DNA of 64,000 nt from the human T2T-CHM13v2.0 reference genome, Homo sapiens, in NCBI RefSeq assembly GCF_009914755.1, contig NC_060933.1; one strand, written 5' to 3'. Position 1 is the stretch's first letter; the number at the start of each line of letters is the position of its first letter. Made by a program: the position numbers and the translations under genes. Of the stretch, positions 10,977-26,500 are shown in pieces. The notes beneath the pieces are model-generated. The model was not told where the DNA came from, made no database searches, and worked only from the letters and a program-made list of their open reading frames with translations.

Positions 10977-13900
10977 TGGAATGGAATGCAATGGAATGGA
11001 ATCAACCCGAGTAGAATGGAATGGAAAGGAATTGAATGGAGTGGAATGGAATGGAATGGAATCAACCAGAGTGGAATGGAAGGGAATGGAATGGAATGGA
11101 AACTAATAGAATGGAATCAAAGCGAGTGCAATGGAATGGAAAGGACTCGAATGGAATGGAATGGAATGGAATGGAATCAAGTCGATTGTAATGGAATGGA
11201 ATGGAATGGAATGGAATGGAATGGAATGGAATCGAATTAACACGAATACAATGGAATGGAATAGAATGGAACGGAATGGAGTGGAATGGAATGGAATCAA
11301 ACCGAGTGCAGGGGAATAGAATGGAATGGAATGCAATGGAATGGAATCATCCGGAATGGAATGAAATGGAATGGAATGCAAAGCAATGGAATCAATTCGA
11401 TTGCAATGGAGTGGAATGGAATGGAAAGGAATAGAATGGAATCAACCCGAGTGGAATGGAATGGAATGTACTGAAATGGAGTGGAATGGAATGGAATGGA
11501 ATAGAATGGAATCAACTCGATTGGAATGGAATGGAATGGAATGGAATGGAATGGAATGGAATTAACCCGAATAGAATGGAATGGAAAGGAATGGAACGGA
11601 ATGGAATGGAATGGAATGGAATGGAATGGAATGGAATGGAATGGAATCAACCCGACTACAAGGGAATGGAATGGAATGGAATGCAATGGAATGGAATCAT
11701 CCGGAACGGAATGGAATGGAATGGAATGGAATCAACTTGATTGCAATGGAATGGAATGGAATGGAATGGATTGGAATGGAATGGAATGCAATTCACCCGA
11801 ATAGAATGGAATGGAATGTAATGCAAAGGATTGGAAGGGAATGGAATGGAATGTAATCAACCCGATTGCAAGGGAATGGAATGGAATGGAAGGCAATGGA
11901 ATGGAATCATCCGGAATGGAATGGAATGGAAAGGAATGGAATCAAACTGACGTAATGGAATGGAGTGGAATGGAATGGCATGGAATGGAAACATCCCGAA
12001 TGGAATGGAAAGTAATGGAGTGTAAGGGAATTGAATAGAATCAATCCGAATGTAATGGAATGGAACGGAATGAAATGGAATGGAATGGAATGGAATGGAA
12101 TCAACCAGAGTGCAATGGAATGGATTAGAATGGAATGGAATGGAATGGAATGGAATGGATTCAACAAGAATGGAATGGAAAGGAATGGAATCAACCCGAG
12201 TGTAATGGCATGGAATGGAATGGAATGGAATGGGATGGAATGGAATGGTACGGAATAGAATGGAATGGAACGCAATGGAATGGAATGGAATGGAATGGAA
12301 TGGAATGGAATGAACCAGTGTGCAATGGAAAGGAATGGAATGGAATGGAATGGATTCAACTCGAATGGAATCAACTCGATTGCAATGGAATGGAATGGAA
12401 TGGAAAGGAATAGAATGGAATCAACCCGAGGGGAATGGAATGGAAAGGACTGGAATGGAGTGGAATGGAATGGAATGGAATGGAATCAAATCGATTGGAA
12501 TGGAATGGAATGGAATGGAATGGAAAGGAATCAACTCGATTGCAATGGAATTGAATGGAATCGAATGGAATGGAAGTAACCCGAATAGAATGGAATGGAA
12601 TGGAATGGAATGGAGTGGAATGGAATGGAATGGAATGGAATTAACCCGAGTGCAAGGGAAAGGAATGGAATGGAATGCAATGGAATGGAATCACCCGGAA
12701 TGGAATGGAATGGAATGGAATGGAATGGAATGGAATCAACTCGATTTCAATGGAATGGAATGGAATAGAATGGAATGGAATTAACACGAATAGAATGGAA
12801 TGGAATGGAATGGAATGGAACGGAAAGGAATGGAATGGAATGGAATGGAATCAACCCAAGTGCAGGGGAATGGAATGGAATTCAATGGAATGGAATCATC
12901 CGGAATGGAATGAAATGGAATGCAATGGAATGCAATCAACCCGAGTGCAATGGAATGGAGAGGAATGGAATGGAATGGAATGGAAAATACCCGAATGGAA
13001 TGGAATGTAATGGAGTGTAAGGGAATTGAATAGATTCAATCCGAATGTAATGGAATGGAATGGAAAGGAATGTAATGTAATGCAATGGAATGGAATGGAA
13101 TGGAATGAAATGGAATGGAATCAACCCGAGTGCAATCGAATGGAATCGAATGGAATGGAATGCAATGGAATGGATTCAACCTGAATGGAATGGAAAGAAT
13201 GGAATCAACACGAGTGGAATGGCATGGATTGGAATGGAATGGAATGGAATCAATCCGAGTACAGGGGAATGGAATGGAATGGAATGCAATGGAATGGAAT
13301 CATCCGTAATGGAATGGAAAGGAATGGAATGGAATGGAATGGAATGGAATGGAATGGAATGGAATGGAATCAACTCGATTGCAATCGCATGGAACGGAAT
13401 GGAATTAAACCGAGTAGAATGGAATGGAATGGAATGGAATGGAACGGAACGGAACGGAATGGAATGGAATGGAATGGAATGGAACGGAACAGAACGGAAC
13501 GGAATGGAATGGAATGGAATGGAATGGAATGGAATGGAATGGAATGGAATCAACGCGAGTGCAGGGGAATGAAATGGAATGCAATGGAATGGAATCTTCC
13601 GGAATGGAATGGAATGGAGTGGAATGGAATGGAATGGAATGGAATGGAATGCAATGGATTCAACTCGATTTTAATGGAATGGAATAGAATGGAATGGAAT
13701 GGAATGGAATGGAATTAACGCGAATAGAATGGAATGGAATGGAATGGAATGGAATTGTATGGAATGGAATGGAATGGTACAGAATAGAATGGAATGGAAA
13801 GAATTGTAATGGAATGTAATCGAATGGAATAGAATGGAATGGAAAGGAATCAACCCGAGTGCAGGGGAATGTAATGGAACGGAATGCAATGGAATGGAAT

Positions 13901-16900
13901 CATCCGGAAAGGAATGGAATGGAATGGAATGGAATGGAATGGAATGGAATGGAATGGAGTCAACCCGAGTGCAATGGAATGGAGTGGAATGGAATGGAAT
14001 GGAATGGAACAACCCGAATGGAATGGAATGTAATGGAGAGTAAGGGAGTTGAATAGAATCAATCCGAATGTAATGGAATGGAATGGAACGGAATGGAATG
14101 GAATGGAATGGAATGGAATGGAATGGAATGCAGTGGAATGGAATCAACCCGACTACAATCGAATGGAATCGAATAGAATGGAATGCAATGGAATGGATTC
14201 AACATGAATGGAATGGAAAGAATGGAATCAACACGAGTGTCATGGCATGGGTTGGAATGGAATGGAATGGAATGAACCCAAGCACAGGGGAAGGGCATAG
14301 AATGGAATGCAATGGAATGGAATCATCTGTAACGGAATGGAAAGGAATGGAATGGAATGGAATGGAATGGAATGGAATGCAATGGAATCAACTCGATTGC
14401 AATCGAATGGAATGGAATGGAATTAACCCGAATAGAATGGAATGGAATGGAATGGAACGGAACGGAATGGAATGGAATGGAATGGAACGGAACGGAACGG
14501 AACGGAATGGAATGGAATGGAATGGAATGGAATGGAATGGAATCAACGCGAGTGCAGGGCAATGGAATGGAATGGAATGCAATGGAATGAAATCTTCCGG
14601 AATGGAATGGAATGGAATGGAAAGGAATGGAATGGAATGCAATGGATTCAACTCGATTGCAATGGAATGGAATAGAATGGAATGGAATGGAATGGAATGG
14701 AATTAACCCGAATAGAATGGAATGGAATGGAATGGAAAGGAATGGAAGGGAATGGAATGGAATGGAATGGAATGCAATCAACCCGATGCAATGGAATGGA
14801 ATGGAATGGAATGGAATGGAAACATCCCGAATGGAATGGAATGTAATGGAGTGTAAGGGAATTGAATAGAATCAATCCGAATGTAATGGAATGGAATGGA
14901 AAGGAATGGAATGGAATGGAATGGAATGGAATGGAATGGAATGGAATGGAATGGAATGCAATGGAATGGAATCATCCGTAATGGAATGGAAAGGAATGGA
15001 ATGGAATTGAATGCAATGGAATGGAATGGAATGGAATGGAATCAACTAGATTGCAATCGAATGGAATGGAATGGAATTAACCCGAATAGATTGGAATGGA
15101 ATGGAACGGAACGGAACGGAATGGAACGGAATGGAATGGAATGGAATGGAATGGAGTGGAATGGACTGGAATGGACTGGAATGGAATCAACGCGAGTGCA
15201 GTTGAATGGAATGGAATGGAATGCAATGGAATGGTATTTTCCGGAATGGATTGGAATGGAATGGAATGGAATGGAATGGAATTCAATGGATTAAACTCGA
15301 TTGCAATGGAATGGAATAGAATGGAATGGAATGGAATGGAATGGAATGGAATGGAATCAACCCGAATAGAATGGAATGGAATGGAATGGAACGGAACGGA
15401 ACGGAAAGGAAAGTAATGGAATGGAATGGAATGGAATAGAATGGAATGGAATGGTATGCAATGGAATGGAATGGTACGGAATAGAATGGAATGGAGCGAA
15501 TTCGAATGGAATGGAACCGAATGGAATGGAATGGAATCAACCCGAGTGCAGGGGAATGTAATGGAACGGAATGCAATGGAATGGAATCATCCGGAATGGA
15601 ATGGAATGGAATGGAATGGAATCAACCCGAGTGCAATGGAATGCAGTGGAATGCAATGGAATGGAACGTAAACAACCCGAATGGAATGGAATATAATGGA
15701 GTGTAAGGGAATTGAATGGAATCAATCCGAATGTAATGGAATGGAATGGAATGAAATGGAATGGAATGGAATGGAATGGGAAGGAATGGAAGGGAATGGA
15801 ATCAACCCGAGTGAAATGGAATGGAATCGAATGGAATGGAAAGGAATGGAATGGATTCAACACCAATGGAATGGAAAGGAATGGAATGGAATGGTACAGA
15901 ACGGAATTGATTGGAATGGAATGGAATGGAATGGAATGGAATGGAATGGAATGGAATGGAATCAACTCGATTGCAATGGAGTGGAATGGAATGGAATGGA
16001 ATAGAATGGAATGGAATTAACCCGAGTACAGGGGAATGGAATGGAATGGAATGGAATGCAATGGAATGAAATCATCCGTAAAGGAATGGAAATGAATGGA
16101 ATGGAATGGAATGGAAACGAATGGAATAGAATGGAATGGACTGGAATGGAATCAACCCGAGTGCAATGGTATGGAATGGAATGGAATGGAATGGAATGGA
16201 ATGAAATGGAATGGAATGGAATGGAATGAAATGGAGTGGAATGGAATGGAATGAAACCGTGTGCAATAGAATGGAATGGAATGGAATGGAATGGAATGGA
16301 ATGGATTCAACTAGAATGGAATCAACTCGATTACAATGGAATGGAATGGAATGGAAAGGAATAGAATGGAATCAACCCGAGTGGAATGGAATGGAAAGGA
16401 CTGGAATGGAGTGGAATGGAATGGAATGGAATTAACTCGAATAGAATGGAATGGAATGGAATGGAACGCAATGTAATGGAATGGAATGGAATGGAATCAA
16501 CCCGAGTGCAGGGGAGTGGAATGGAATGGAATGCAATGGAATGGAATCATCCGGAATGGAATGGAATGGAATGGAATGGAATGGAATCAACCCGAGTGTA
16601 ATGGAATGGAGTGGAATGGAATGGAAAGGAATGGAATGGAATGGAATGGAATGGTACGGAATAGAATGGAATGGAACGGAATGGAATGGAATGGAATGGA
16701 ATGGAATGGAATGGAATGGAATGGAATCGTTCCTAGTGGAATAGGAGGGAATGTATTCGAGTGGAATGGAAAGGAATGGAATCAACCTGAGTGGAATGGA
16801 AGGGAATGGAATGCAAGGAAACTAATAGAATGGAATCAACCCCAGTGGAATGGAATGGAAAGGACTGGAATGGAATGGAATGGAATGGAATGGAATGGAA

Positions 16901-18179
16901 TGGAATCAACTCGATTGTAATGGAATGGAATGCAATGGAATGCAATGGAATGGAATGGAATTAACCCGAATACAATGGAATGGAATGGAATGGAACGGAA
17001 TGGAGTGGAATGGAATGGAATCAACCCGAGTGCAGGGGAATGGAACGGAATGGAATGCAATGGAATGGAATCTTCCGGAATGGAATGGAATGGAATGGAA
17101 TGCAAAGCAATGGAATCAACTCGATTGCAATGGAATGGAATGGAATGGAAAGGAATAGAATGGAATCAACCCGAGTGGAATGGAATGGAAAGGAATGGAA
17201 TGGAGTGGAATGGAATGGAATGGAATGGAAAGGAATCAACTCGATTGGAATGGAATGGAATGGAATGGAATGGAATGGAATGGAATGGAATGAAATGGAT
17301 TCAACTTGATTGCAATGGAATGGAATAGAATGGAATGGAATGGAATGGAATGGAATGGAATTAACCCGAATAGAATGGAATGGAATTGAATGGAACGGAA
17401 CGGAAAGGAACGGAACGGAACGGAATGGAATGGAATGGAATGGAATGGAATGGAATGGAATTGTATGGAATGGAATGCAATGGTACGGAATAGAATGGAA
17501 TGGAAAGACTTGGAATGGAATGGAATCGAATGGAATGGAAGGGAATGGAATCAACCCGAGTGCAATGGAATGGAGTGGAATGGAATGGAATGGAATGGAA
17601 TGGAATGGAATGGAGAGTAAGGGAGTTGAATAGAATCAATCCGAATGGAATGGAATGGAATGCAACGGAATGGAATGGAATGGAATGGAATGGAATGGAA
17701 TGCAATGGAATGGAATCAACCCGACTGCAATCGAATCGAATCGAATCGAATGGAATGGAATGCAATGGAATGGATTCAACTTGAATGGAATGGAAAGAAT
17801 GGAATCAACACGAGTGGAATGGCATGGATTGGAATGGAATGGAATGGAATCAACCCGAGTACAGGGGAATGGAATGGAATGGAATGCAATGGAATGGAAT
17901 CATCTGTAATGGAATGGAAAGGAATGGAATGGAATGGAATGGAATGGAATGGAATGGAATCAACGCGAGTGCAGGGGAATGGAATGGAATGGAATGCAAT
18001 GGTATGGAATCTTCCGGAATAGAATGGAATCGAATTGAAAGGAATGGAATGGAATGCAATGGATTCAACTCGATTGCAATGGAATGGAATAGAATGGAAT
18101 GGAATGGAATGGAATGGAATTAACCCGAATGTAATGGAATGGAATGGAATGGAAAGGAATGGAATGGAATGGAATGGAA

Positions 18180-18790
18180 TGGAATGGAATGGAATGGTAC
18201 GGAATAGAATGGAATGGAACGAATTGGAATGGAATGGAATCGAATGGAATGGAATGCAATGGAATGGAATCATCCGGAATGGAATGGAATGGAATGGAAT
18301 CGTTCCGAGTGGAATAGGAGGGAATGTATTCAAGTGGAATGGAAAGGAATGGAATCAACCAGAGTGGAATGGAAGGGAATGGAATGGAATGGAATGGAAA
18401 CTAATAGAATGGAATCAACCCGAGTGGAATGGAATGGAAAGGACTGGAATGGAATGGAATGGAATGCAATGGAATGGAATGGAATGGAATGGTATGGAAT
18501 GGAATGGAATGGAATGGTACGGAATAGAATGGAATGGAACGAATTGGAATGGAATGGAATCGAATGGTATGGAATGCAATGGAATGGAATCATCCGGAAT
18601 GGAATGGAATGGAATGGAATGGAATCGTTCCGAGTGGAATAGGAGGGAATGTATTCAAGTGGAATGGAAAGGAATGGAATCAACCAGAGTGGAATGGAAG
18701 GGAATGGAATGGAATGGAAACTAATAGAATGGAATCAACCCGAGTGGAATGGAATGGAAAGGACTGGAATGGAATGGAATGGAATGGAAT
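18180..18790 (+). repeat. Local tandem duplication, ~320 bp unit (2 copies)
   Basis: GGAATGGTACGGAATAGAATGGAATGGAACGAATTGG at 18191 and 18511. CGTTCCGAGTGGAATAGGAGGGAATGTATTCAAGT (with the TTCAAGT variant, which I saw only here) at 18301 and 18626. CTAATAGAAT at 18401 and 18721. Confidence 0.88.
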
Positions 18791-21700
18791 GGAATGGAAT
18801 CAACTCGATTGTAATGGAATGGAATGGAATGGAATGGAATTAACCCGAATACAATGGAATGGAATGGAATGGAACGGAATGGAGTGGAATGGAATGGAAT
18901 CAACCCGAGTGCCGGAGAATGGAATGGAATGGAATGCAATGGAATGGAATCTTCCGGAATGGAATGGAATGGAATGGAATGCAAAGCAATGGAATCAACT
19001 TGATTGCAATGGAATGGAATGGAATGGAAAGGAATAGAAAGGAATCAACCCGAGTGGAATGGAATGGAAAGGACTGGAATGGAGTGGAAAGGAATGGAAT
19101 GGAATCAACTCGATTGGAATGGAATGGAATGGAATGGAATGGAATGGAATTAACCCGAATAGAATGGAATGGAATGGAATGGAACGGAACGGAATGGAAT
19201 GGAATGGAATGGAATGGAATGGAATCAACCCGACTGCAGGGGAAGGGAATGGAATGTAATGCAATGGAATGGAATCATCCGGAACGGAATGGAATGGAAT
19301 TGAATGGAATCAACTCGATTGCAATGGAATGGAAAGCAATGAAATGGAATGGAATGTAATGGAATGGAATGGAATGGAATGGAATGGAATTAACCCGAAT
19401 GGAATGGAATGGAATGGAATGGAATGGAATGGAATGGAATGGTATGGAATGGAATGGAATGGAATGGTACGGAATAGAATGGAATGGAACGAATTGGAAT
19501 GGAATGGAATCCAAAGGAATGCAATACAATGGAATGGAATCATCCGGAATGGAATGGAATGGAATGGAATGGAATGGAATGGAATGGAATGGAATCAACC
19601 CGAGTGCAATGGAATGGAGTGGAATGGAATGGAATGGAATGGAACAACCCGAAAGGAATGGAATGTAATGGAGAGTAAGGGAGTTGAATAGAATCAATCC
19701 GAATGTAATGGAATGGAATGGAACGGAATTGAATGGAATGGAATGGAATGCAATGGAATGGAATGCAATGGAATGGAATCAACCCGAGTACAATGGAATG
19801 GAATGGAATGGAATGGAAAGGAATGGAAAGGAATTGAATGGAATGGAATGACTTCAAACCGAATGGAATGGAAAGGAATGGAATCAACACGAGTGGAATG
19901 GAATGGAATGGAATGGAATGGAATGGAATGGTACGGAATAGAATGGAATGGAACGAAATGGAATGGAATCGAATGGAATGGAATGGAATGGAATGGAATG
20001 GAATGGAATGGAATCGTTCCGAGTGGAATAGGAGGGAGTGTATTCGAGTGGAAGGGAAAGGAATGGAATCAGCCAGAGTGCAATGGAAGGGAATGGAATG
20101 GAATGGAAACTAATAGAATGGAATCAACCCGAGTGCAATGGAATGGAAAGGACTGGAATGGAATGGAATGGAATGGAATGGAATGGAATGGAATCAACTC
20201 GATTGTAATGGAATGGAATGGAATGGAATGGAATGGAATGGAATGCAATGGAATGGAATGGAATTAACACGAATGCAAAGGAATGGAATGGAACGGAATG
20301 GAGTGGAATGGAATGGAATCAACCCGAGTGCAGGGGAATGGAATGCAATGGAATGCAATGGAATGGAATCATCCGGAATGAAATGGAATGGAATGGAATG
20401 CAAAGCAATGGAATCAACTCGATTGCAATAGAATGGAATGGAATGGAAAGGAATAGAATGGAATCAACCCGAGTGGAATGGAATGGAAAGGACTAGAATG
20501 GAGTGGAATGGAATGGAATGGAATGGAATGGAATGGAATCAACTCGATTGGAATGGAATGGAATGGAATGGAATGGAATGGAATGGAATGGAATTAACCC
20601 GAATAGAATGGAATGGAATGGAATGGAACGGAAAGGAACAGAATGGAATGGAATGGAATGGAATGGAATGGAATGGAATCAACCCGACTGCAGGGGAATG
20701 GAATGGAATGGAATACAATGGAATGGAATCATCCGGAACGGAATGGAATGGAATGGAATGGAATCAACTCGATTGCAATGGAATGGAATGGAATGGAATG
20801 GAATGGAATTAACCCGAATAGAATGGAATGGAATGGAAAGGAAAGGAATGGAAGGGAATGGAATGGAATGTAATCCACCCGAGTGCAGGGGAATGGAATG
20901 GAATGGAATGCAATGGGATGGAATCATCCGGAATGGAATGGAATGGAATGGAATGCAATCAACCCGATGTAATGGAATGGAGTGGAATGGAATTGAATGG
21001 AATGGAAACATCCCGAATGGAATGGAATGTAATGGAGTGTAAGGGAGTTGAATAGAATCAATCCGAATGTAATGGAATGGAATGGAATGAAATGGAATGG
21101 AATGGAATGGAATGGAATGGAATGGAATCAACCCGAATGCAATGGAATGGATTCGAATGGAATGGAATGGAATGGATTCAAGAAGAATGGAATGGAAAGG
21201 AATGGAATCAACCCGAGTGTAAAGGCATGGAATGGAATGGAATGGAATGGGATGGAATGGAATGGTACGGAATAGAATGGAATGGAATGAAATGGAATGG
21301 AATGGAATGGAATGAAATGTAGTAGAATGGAATGGAATGAAATGGAATGGAATGGAATGGAATGAAATGGAGTGGAATGGAATGGAATGAACCCGTGTGC
21401 AATGGAATGGAATGGAATGCAATGGAATGGATACAACTCGAATGGAATCAACTCGATTGCAATGGAATGGAATGGAATGGAAAGGAATAGAATGGAATCA
21501 ACCCGAGTGGAATGGAATGGAAAGGACTGGAATGGAGTGGAATGGAATGGAATGGAATTAACCCGAATATAATGGAATGGAATGGAAAGGAACGCCATGT
21601 AATGTAATGGAATGGAATGGAATCAACCCGAGTGCAGGGGAGTGGAATGGAATGTAATGCAATGGAATGGAATCATCCGGAATGGAATGGAATGGAATGG

Positions 21701-23502
21701 AATGGAATGGAATGGAATGGAATCAACTCGATTTCAATGGAATGGAATGGAATAGAATGGAATGGAATTAACACGAATAGAATGGAATGGAATGGAATGG
21801 AATGGAAGAGAAAGGAATGGAATGGAATGGAATGGAATCAACCCAAGTGCAGGGGAATGGAATGGAATGGAATTCAATGGAATGGAATCATCCGGAATGG
21901 AATGGAATGGAATGGAATGGAATGGAATGGAATGGAATCAACCCGAGTGCAATGGAATGGAGAGGAATGGAATGGAATGGAATGGAAACTACCCGAATGG
22001 AATGTAATGTAATGGAGTGTAAGGGAATTAAATAGAATCAATCCGAATGTAATGGAATGGAATGGAACGGAATGGAATGGAATATAATGGAATGGAATGG
22101 AATGGAATGCAATGGAATGGAATTAACCCGAGTGCAATAAAATGGAATCGAATGGAATGGAATGAAATGGCATGGATTCAACTTGAATGGAATGGAAAGA
22201 ATGGAATCAACACGAGTGGAATGGCATGGATTGGAATGGAATGGAATGGAATCAACCAGAGTACAGGGGAATGGAATGCAATGGAATGGAATCATCCGTA
22301 ACGTAATGGAAAGGAATGGAATGGAATGGAATGGAATGGAATGGAATGGAATGGAATGGAATCAACTCGATTGCAATCGAATAGAATGGAATGGAATGGA
22401 ATGGAACGGAACGGAACGCAACGGAACGGAATGGAACGGAACGGAACGGAACGGAATGGAATGGAATGGAATGGAAGGGAATGGAATGGAATGGAATGGA
22501 ATCAACGCGAGTGCAGGGGAATGGAATGGAATGGAATGCAATGGATTCAAATCGATTGCAATGGAATGGAATAGAATGGAATGGAATGGAATGGAATGGA
22601 ATGGAATTAACACGAATAGAATAGAATGGAATGGAATGGAACGGAACGGAACGGAACGGAACGGAATGGAATGGAATGGAATGGAATGGAATTGTATGGA
22701 ATGGAATGGAATGGTACGGAATAGAATTGAATGGAAAGAATTGGAATGGAATGGAATCGAATGGAATGGAATGGAATGGAATGGAATCAACCCGAGTGCA
22801 GGGGAATGTAATGGAACGGAATGCAATGCAATGGAATCATCCGGAATGGAATGGAATGGAATGGAATGCAATGGAATGGAATCAACCCGAGTTCAATGGA
22901 ATGGAGTGGAATGGAATGGAATGGAATGGAACAACCCGAATGGAATGTAATGTAATGGAGAGTAAGGGAGTTGAATAGAAACAATCCGAATGTAATGGAA
23001 TGGAATGGAACGGAATGGAATGGAATGGAATGGAATGGAATGGAATGGAATGCAATGGAATGGAGTCAACCCGACTGCAATCGAATGGAATCGAATGGAA
23101 TGGAATGCAATGGAATGGATTCAACTTGAATGGAATGGAAAGAATGGAATCAACACGAGTGGAATGGCGTGGATTGGAATGGAATGGAATGGAATCAACC
23201 CGAGTACAGGGGAATGGAATGGAATGGAATGCAATGGAATGGAATCATCTGTAATGGAATGGAAAGGAATGGAATGGAATAGAATGGAATGGAATGGAAT
23301 GGAACGGAACGGAACGGAACGGAACGGAATGGAATGGAATGGAATGGAATGCAATGGAATGGAATCAACGCGAGTGCAAGGGAATGGAATGGAATGGGAT
23401 GGAATGCAATGGAATGGAATCTTCCGGAATGGAATGGAATGGAATGGAATGGAATGCAATGGATTCAACTCGATTACAATGGAATGGAATAGAATGGAAT
23501 GG

Positions 23503-26500
23503 AATGGAATGGAATGGAATTAACCCGAATAGAATGGAATGGAATGGAATGGAAAGGAATGGAAGGGAATGGAATGGAATGGAATGGAATGGAATGGAAT
23601 GGAATGGAATGGAATGCTATGGAATGGAATGGAATGGAACGGAATAGAATGGAATGGAACGAATTGGAATGGAATGGAATCGAATGGAATGGAATGGAAT
23701 GGAACGGAATCAACGCGAGTACAATGGAATGGAATGGAATGGAATGGAATGGAATGGAATGGAATTGAATGGAATGGAATGACTTCAAACAGAATGGAAT
23801 GGAAAGGAATGGAATCAACACGAGTGGAATGGAATGGAATGGAATGGAAGGGAATGGAATGGTACGGAATAGAATGCAATGGAACGAAATGGAATGGAAT
23901 GGAATGGAAAGGAATGGAATGGAATCGTTCCGAGTTGAATAGGAGGGAATGTATTGGAGTGGAATGGAAAGGAATGGAATCAACCAGAGTGGAATGGAAG
24001 GGAATGGAATGGAATGGAAACAAATAGAATGGAATCAACCCGAGTGGAATGGAATGGAAAAGACTGGAATGGAATGGAATGGAATGGAATGGAATCGAAT
24101 GGAATGGAATGGAATGGAATGGAATGGAATGGAATCAACCCGAGTACAATGGAATGGAATGGAATGCAATGGAATGGAATGGAATGGAATGGAATGGATT
24201 CAACTTGAATGGAATGGAAAGAATGGAATCAACACGAGTGGAATGGCATGGATTGGAATGGAATGGAATGGAATCAACCCAAGTACAGGGGAACGGAATG
24301 GAATGGAATGTAATGCAATGGAATGGAATCATCCGTAATGGAATGGAAAGGAATGGAATGGAATGGAACGGAACGGATCGGAACGGAATGGAATGGAATG
24401 GAATGGAATGGAATGGAATCAACGCGAGTGCAGGGGAATGGAATGGAATGGAATGCAATGGAATGGAATCTTCCGGAATGGAATGGAATGGAATGGAATG
24501 GATTCAACTCGATTGCAATGGAATGGAATAGAATGGAATGGAATGGAATGGAATGGAATTAACCCGAATAGAAAGGAATGGAATGGAATGGAACGGAAAG
24601 GAACGGAACGGAATGGAATGGAATGGAATGCAATGGAATGGAATGGAATTGTATGGAATGGAATGGAATTGTACGGAATAGAATAGAATGGAAAGAATTA
24701 GAATGGAATGGAATGGAATGGAATGGAATGGAGTGGAATGGAGTCAACCTGAGAACATGGGAATGTAATGGAACGGAATGCATTGGAATGGAATCATCCG
24801 GAATGGAATGGAATGGAATGGAATGGAATGGAATGGAATGGAATGGAATCAACCCTAGTGCAATGGAATGGAGTGGAATGGAATGGAATGGAATGGAACA
24901 ACCCGAATGGAATGGAATGTAATGGAGAGTAAGGGAGTTGAATAGAATCAATCCGAATGTAATGGAATGGAATGGAACGGAATGGAATGGAATGGAATGG
25001 AATGGAATGGAATGGAATGGAATGGAATGGAATCAACCCGAGTACAATGGAATGGAATGGAATGGAATGGAATGGAATGGAATGGAATGGAATGGAATGG
25101 AATGGAATCGTTCCGAGTGCAATAGGAGGGAATGTATTCGAGTGGAATGGAAAGGAATGGAATCAACCAGAGTGGAATGGAAGGGAATGGAATGGAATGA
25201 AAACTAATAGAATGGAATCAACCCGAGTGGAATGGAATGGAAAGGACTGGAATGGAATGGAATGGAATGGAATGGAATGGAATGGAATCAACTCGATTGT
25301 AATGGAATGGATTGGAATGGAATGGAATGGAATGGAATTAACCCGAATACAATGGAATGAAATGGAATGGAACGCAATGGAGTGGAATGGAATGGAATCA
25401 ACCCGAGTGCAGGAGAATGGAATGGAATGGAATGCAATGGAATGGAATCATCCGGAATGGAATGGAATGGAATGGAATGCAAAGCAATGGAATCAAGGCG
25501 ATTGCAATGGAATGGAATGGAAAGGAATAGAATGGAATCAACCCGAGTGGAATGGAATGGAATGGAATGGAATGGAATGGAATTAACCCGAATAGAATGG
25601 AATGGAATGGAATGGAATGGAACGGAATGGAATGGAATGGAATGGAATGGAATCAACCCGACTGCAGGGGAATGAAATGGAATGGAATGCAATGGAATGG
25701 AATCATCCGGAACGGAATGGAATGGAATGGAAAGGAATCAACTCGATTGCAATGGAATGGAATGGAATGGAATGGAATGGAATGGAATGGAATGGAATGG
25801 AATTAACCCGAATAGAATGGAATGAATGGAATGGAAAGGAATGGAAGGTAATGGAAAGGAATGTAATCAACCCGAGTGCAGGGGAATGGAATGGAATGGA
25901 ATGCAATGGAATGGAATCATCCGGAATGGAATGGAATGGAATGGAATGCAATCAACCCGATGCAATTGAATGGAGTGGAATGGAATGGAATGGAATGGAA
26001 ACATCTCGAATGGAATGGAATGTAATGGAGTGTAAGGGAATTGAATAGAATCAATCCGAATGTAATGGAATGGAATGGAATGAAATGGAATGGAATGGAA
26101 TGGAATGGAATCAACCCGAGTGCAATGGAAAGGATTCGAATGGAATGGAATGGAATGGAATGGATTCAAGAAGAATGGAATGGAAAGGAATGGAATCAAA
26201 CCAAGTGTAATGGCATGGAATGGAATGGAATGGAATGGGATGGAATGGAATGGTACGGAATAGAATGTAATGGAATGAAATGGAATGGAATGGAATGGAA
26301 TGAAATGGAGTAGAATTGAATGGAATGAACCCGTGTGCAATGGAATGGAATGGAATGGAATGGAATGGATTCAACTCGAATGGAATCAACTAAATTGCAA
26401 TGGAATGGAATGGAATGGAAAGGAATAGAATGGAATCAACCCGAGTGGAATGGAATGGAAAGGACTGGAATGGAGTGGAATGGAATTGAATGGAATTAAC

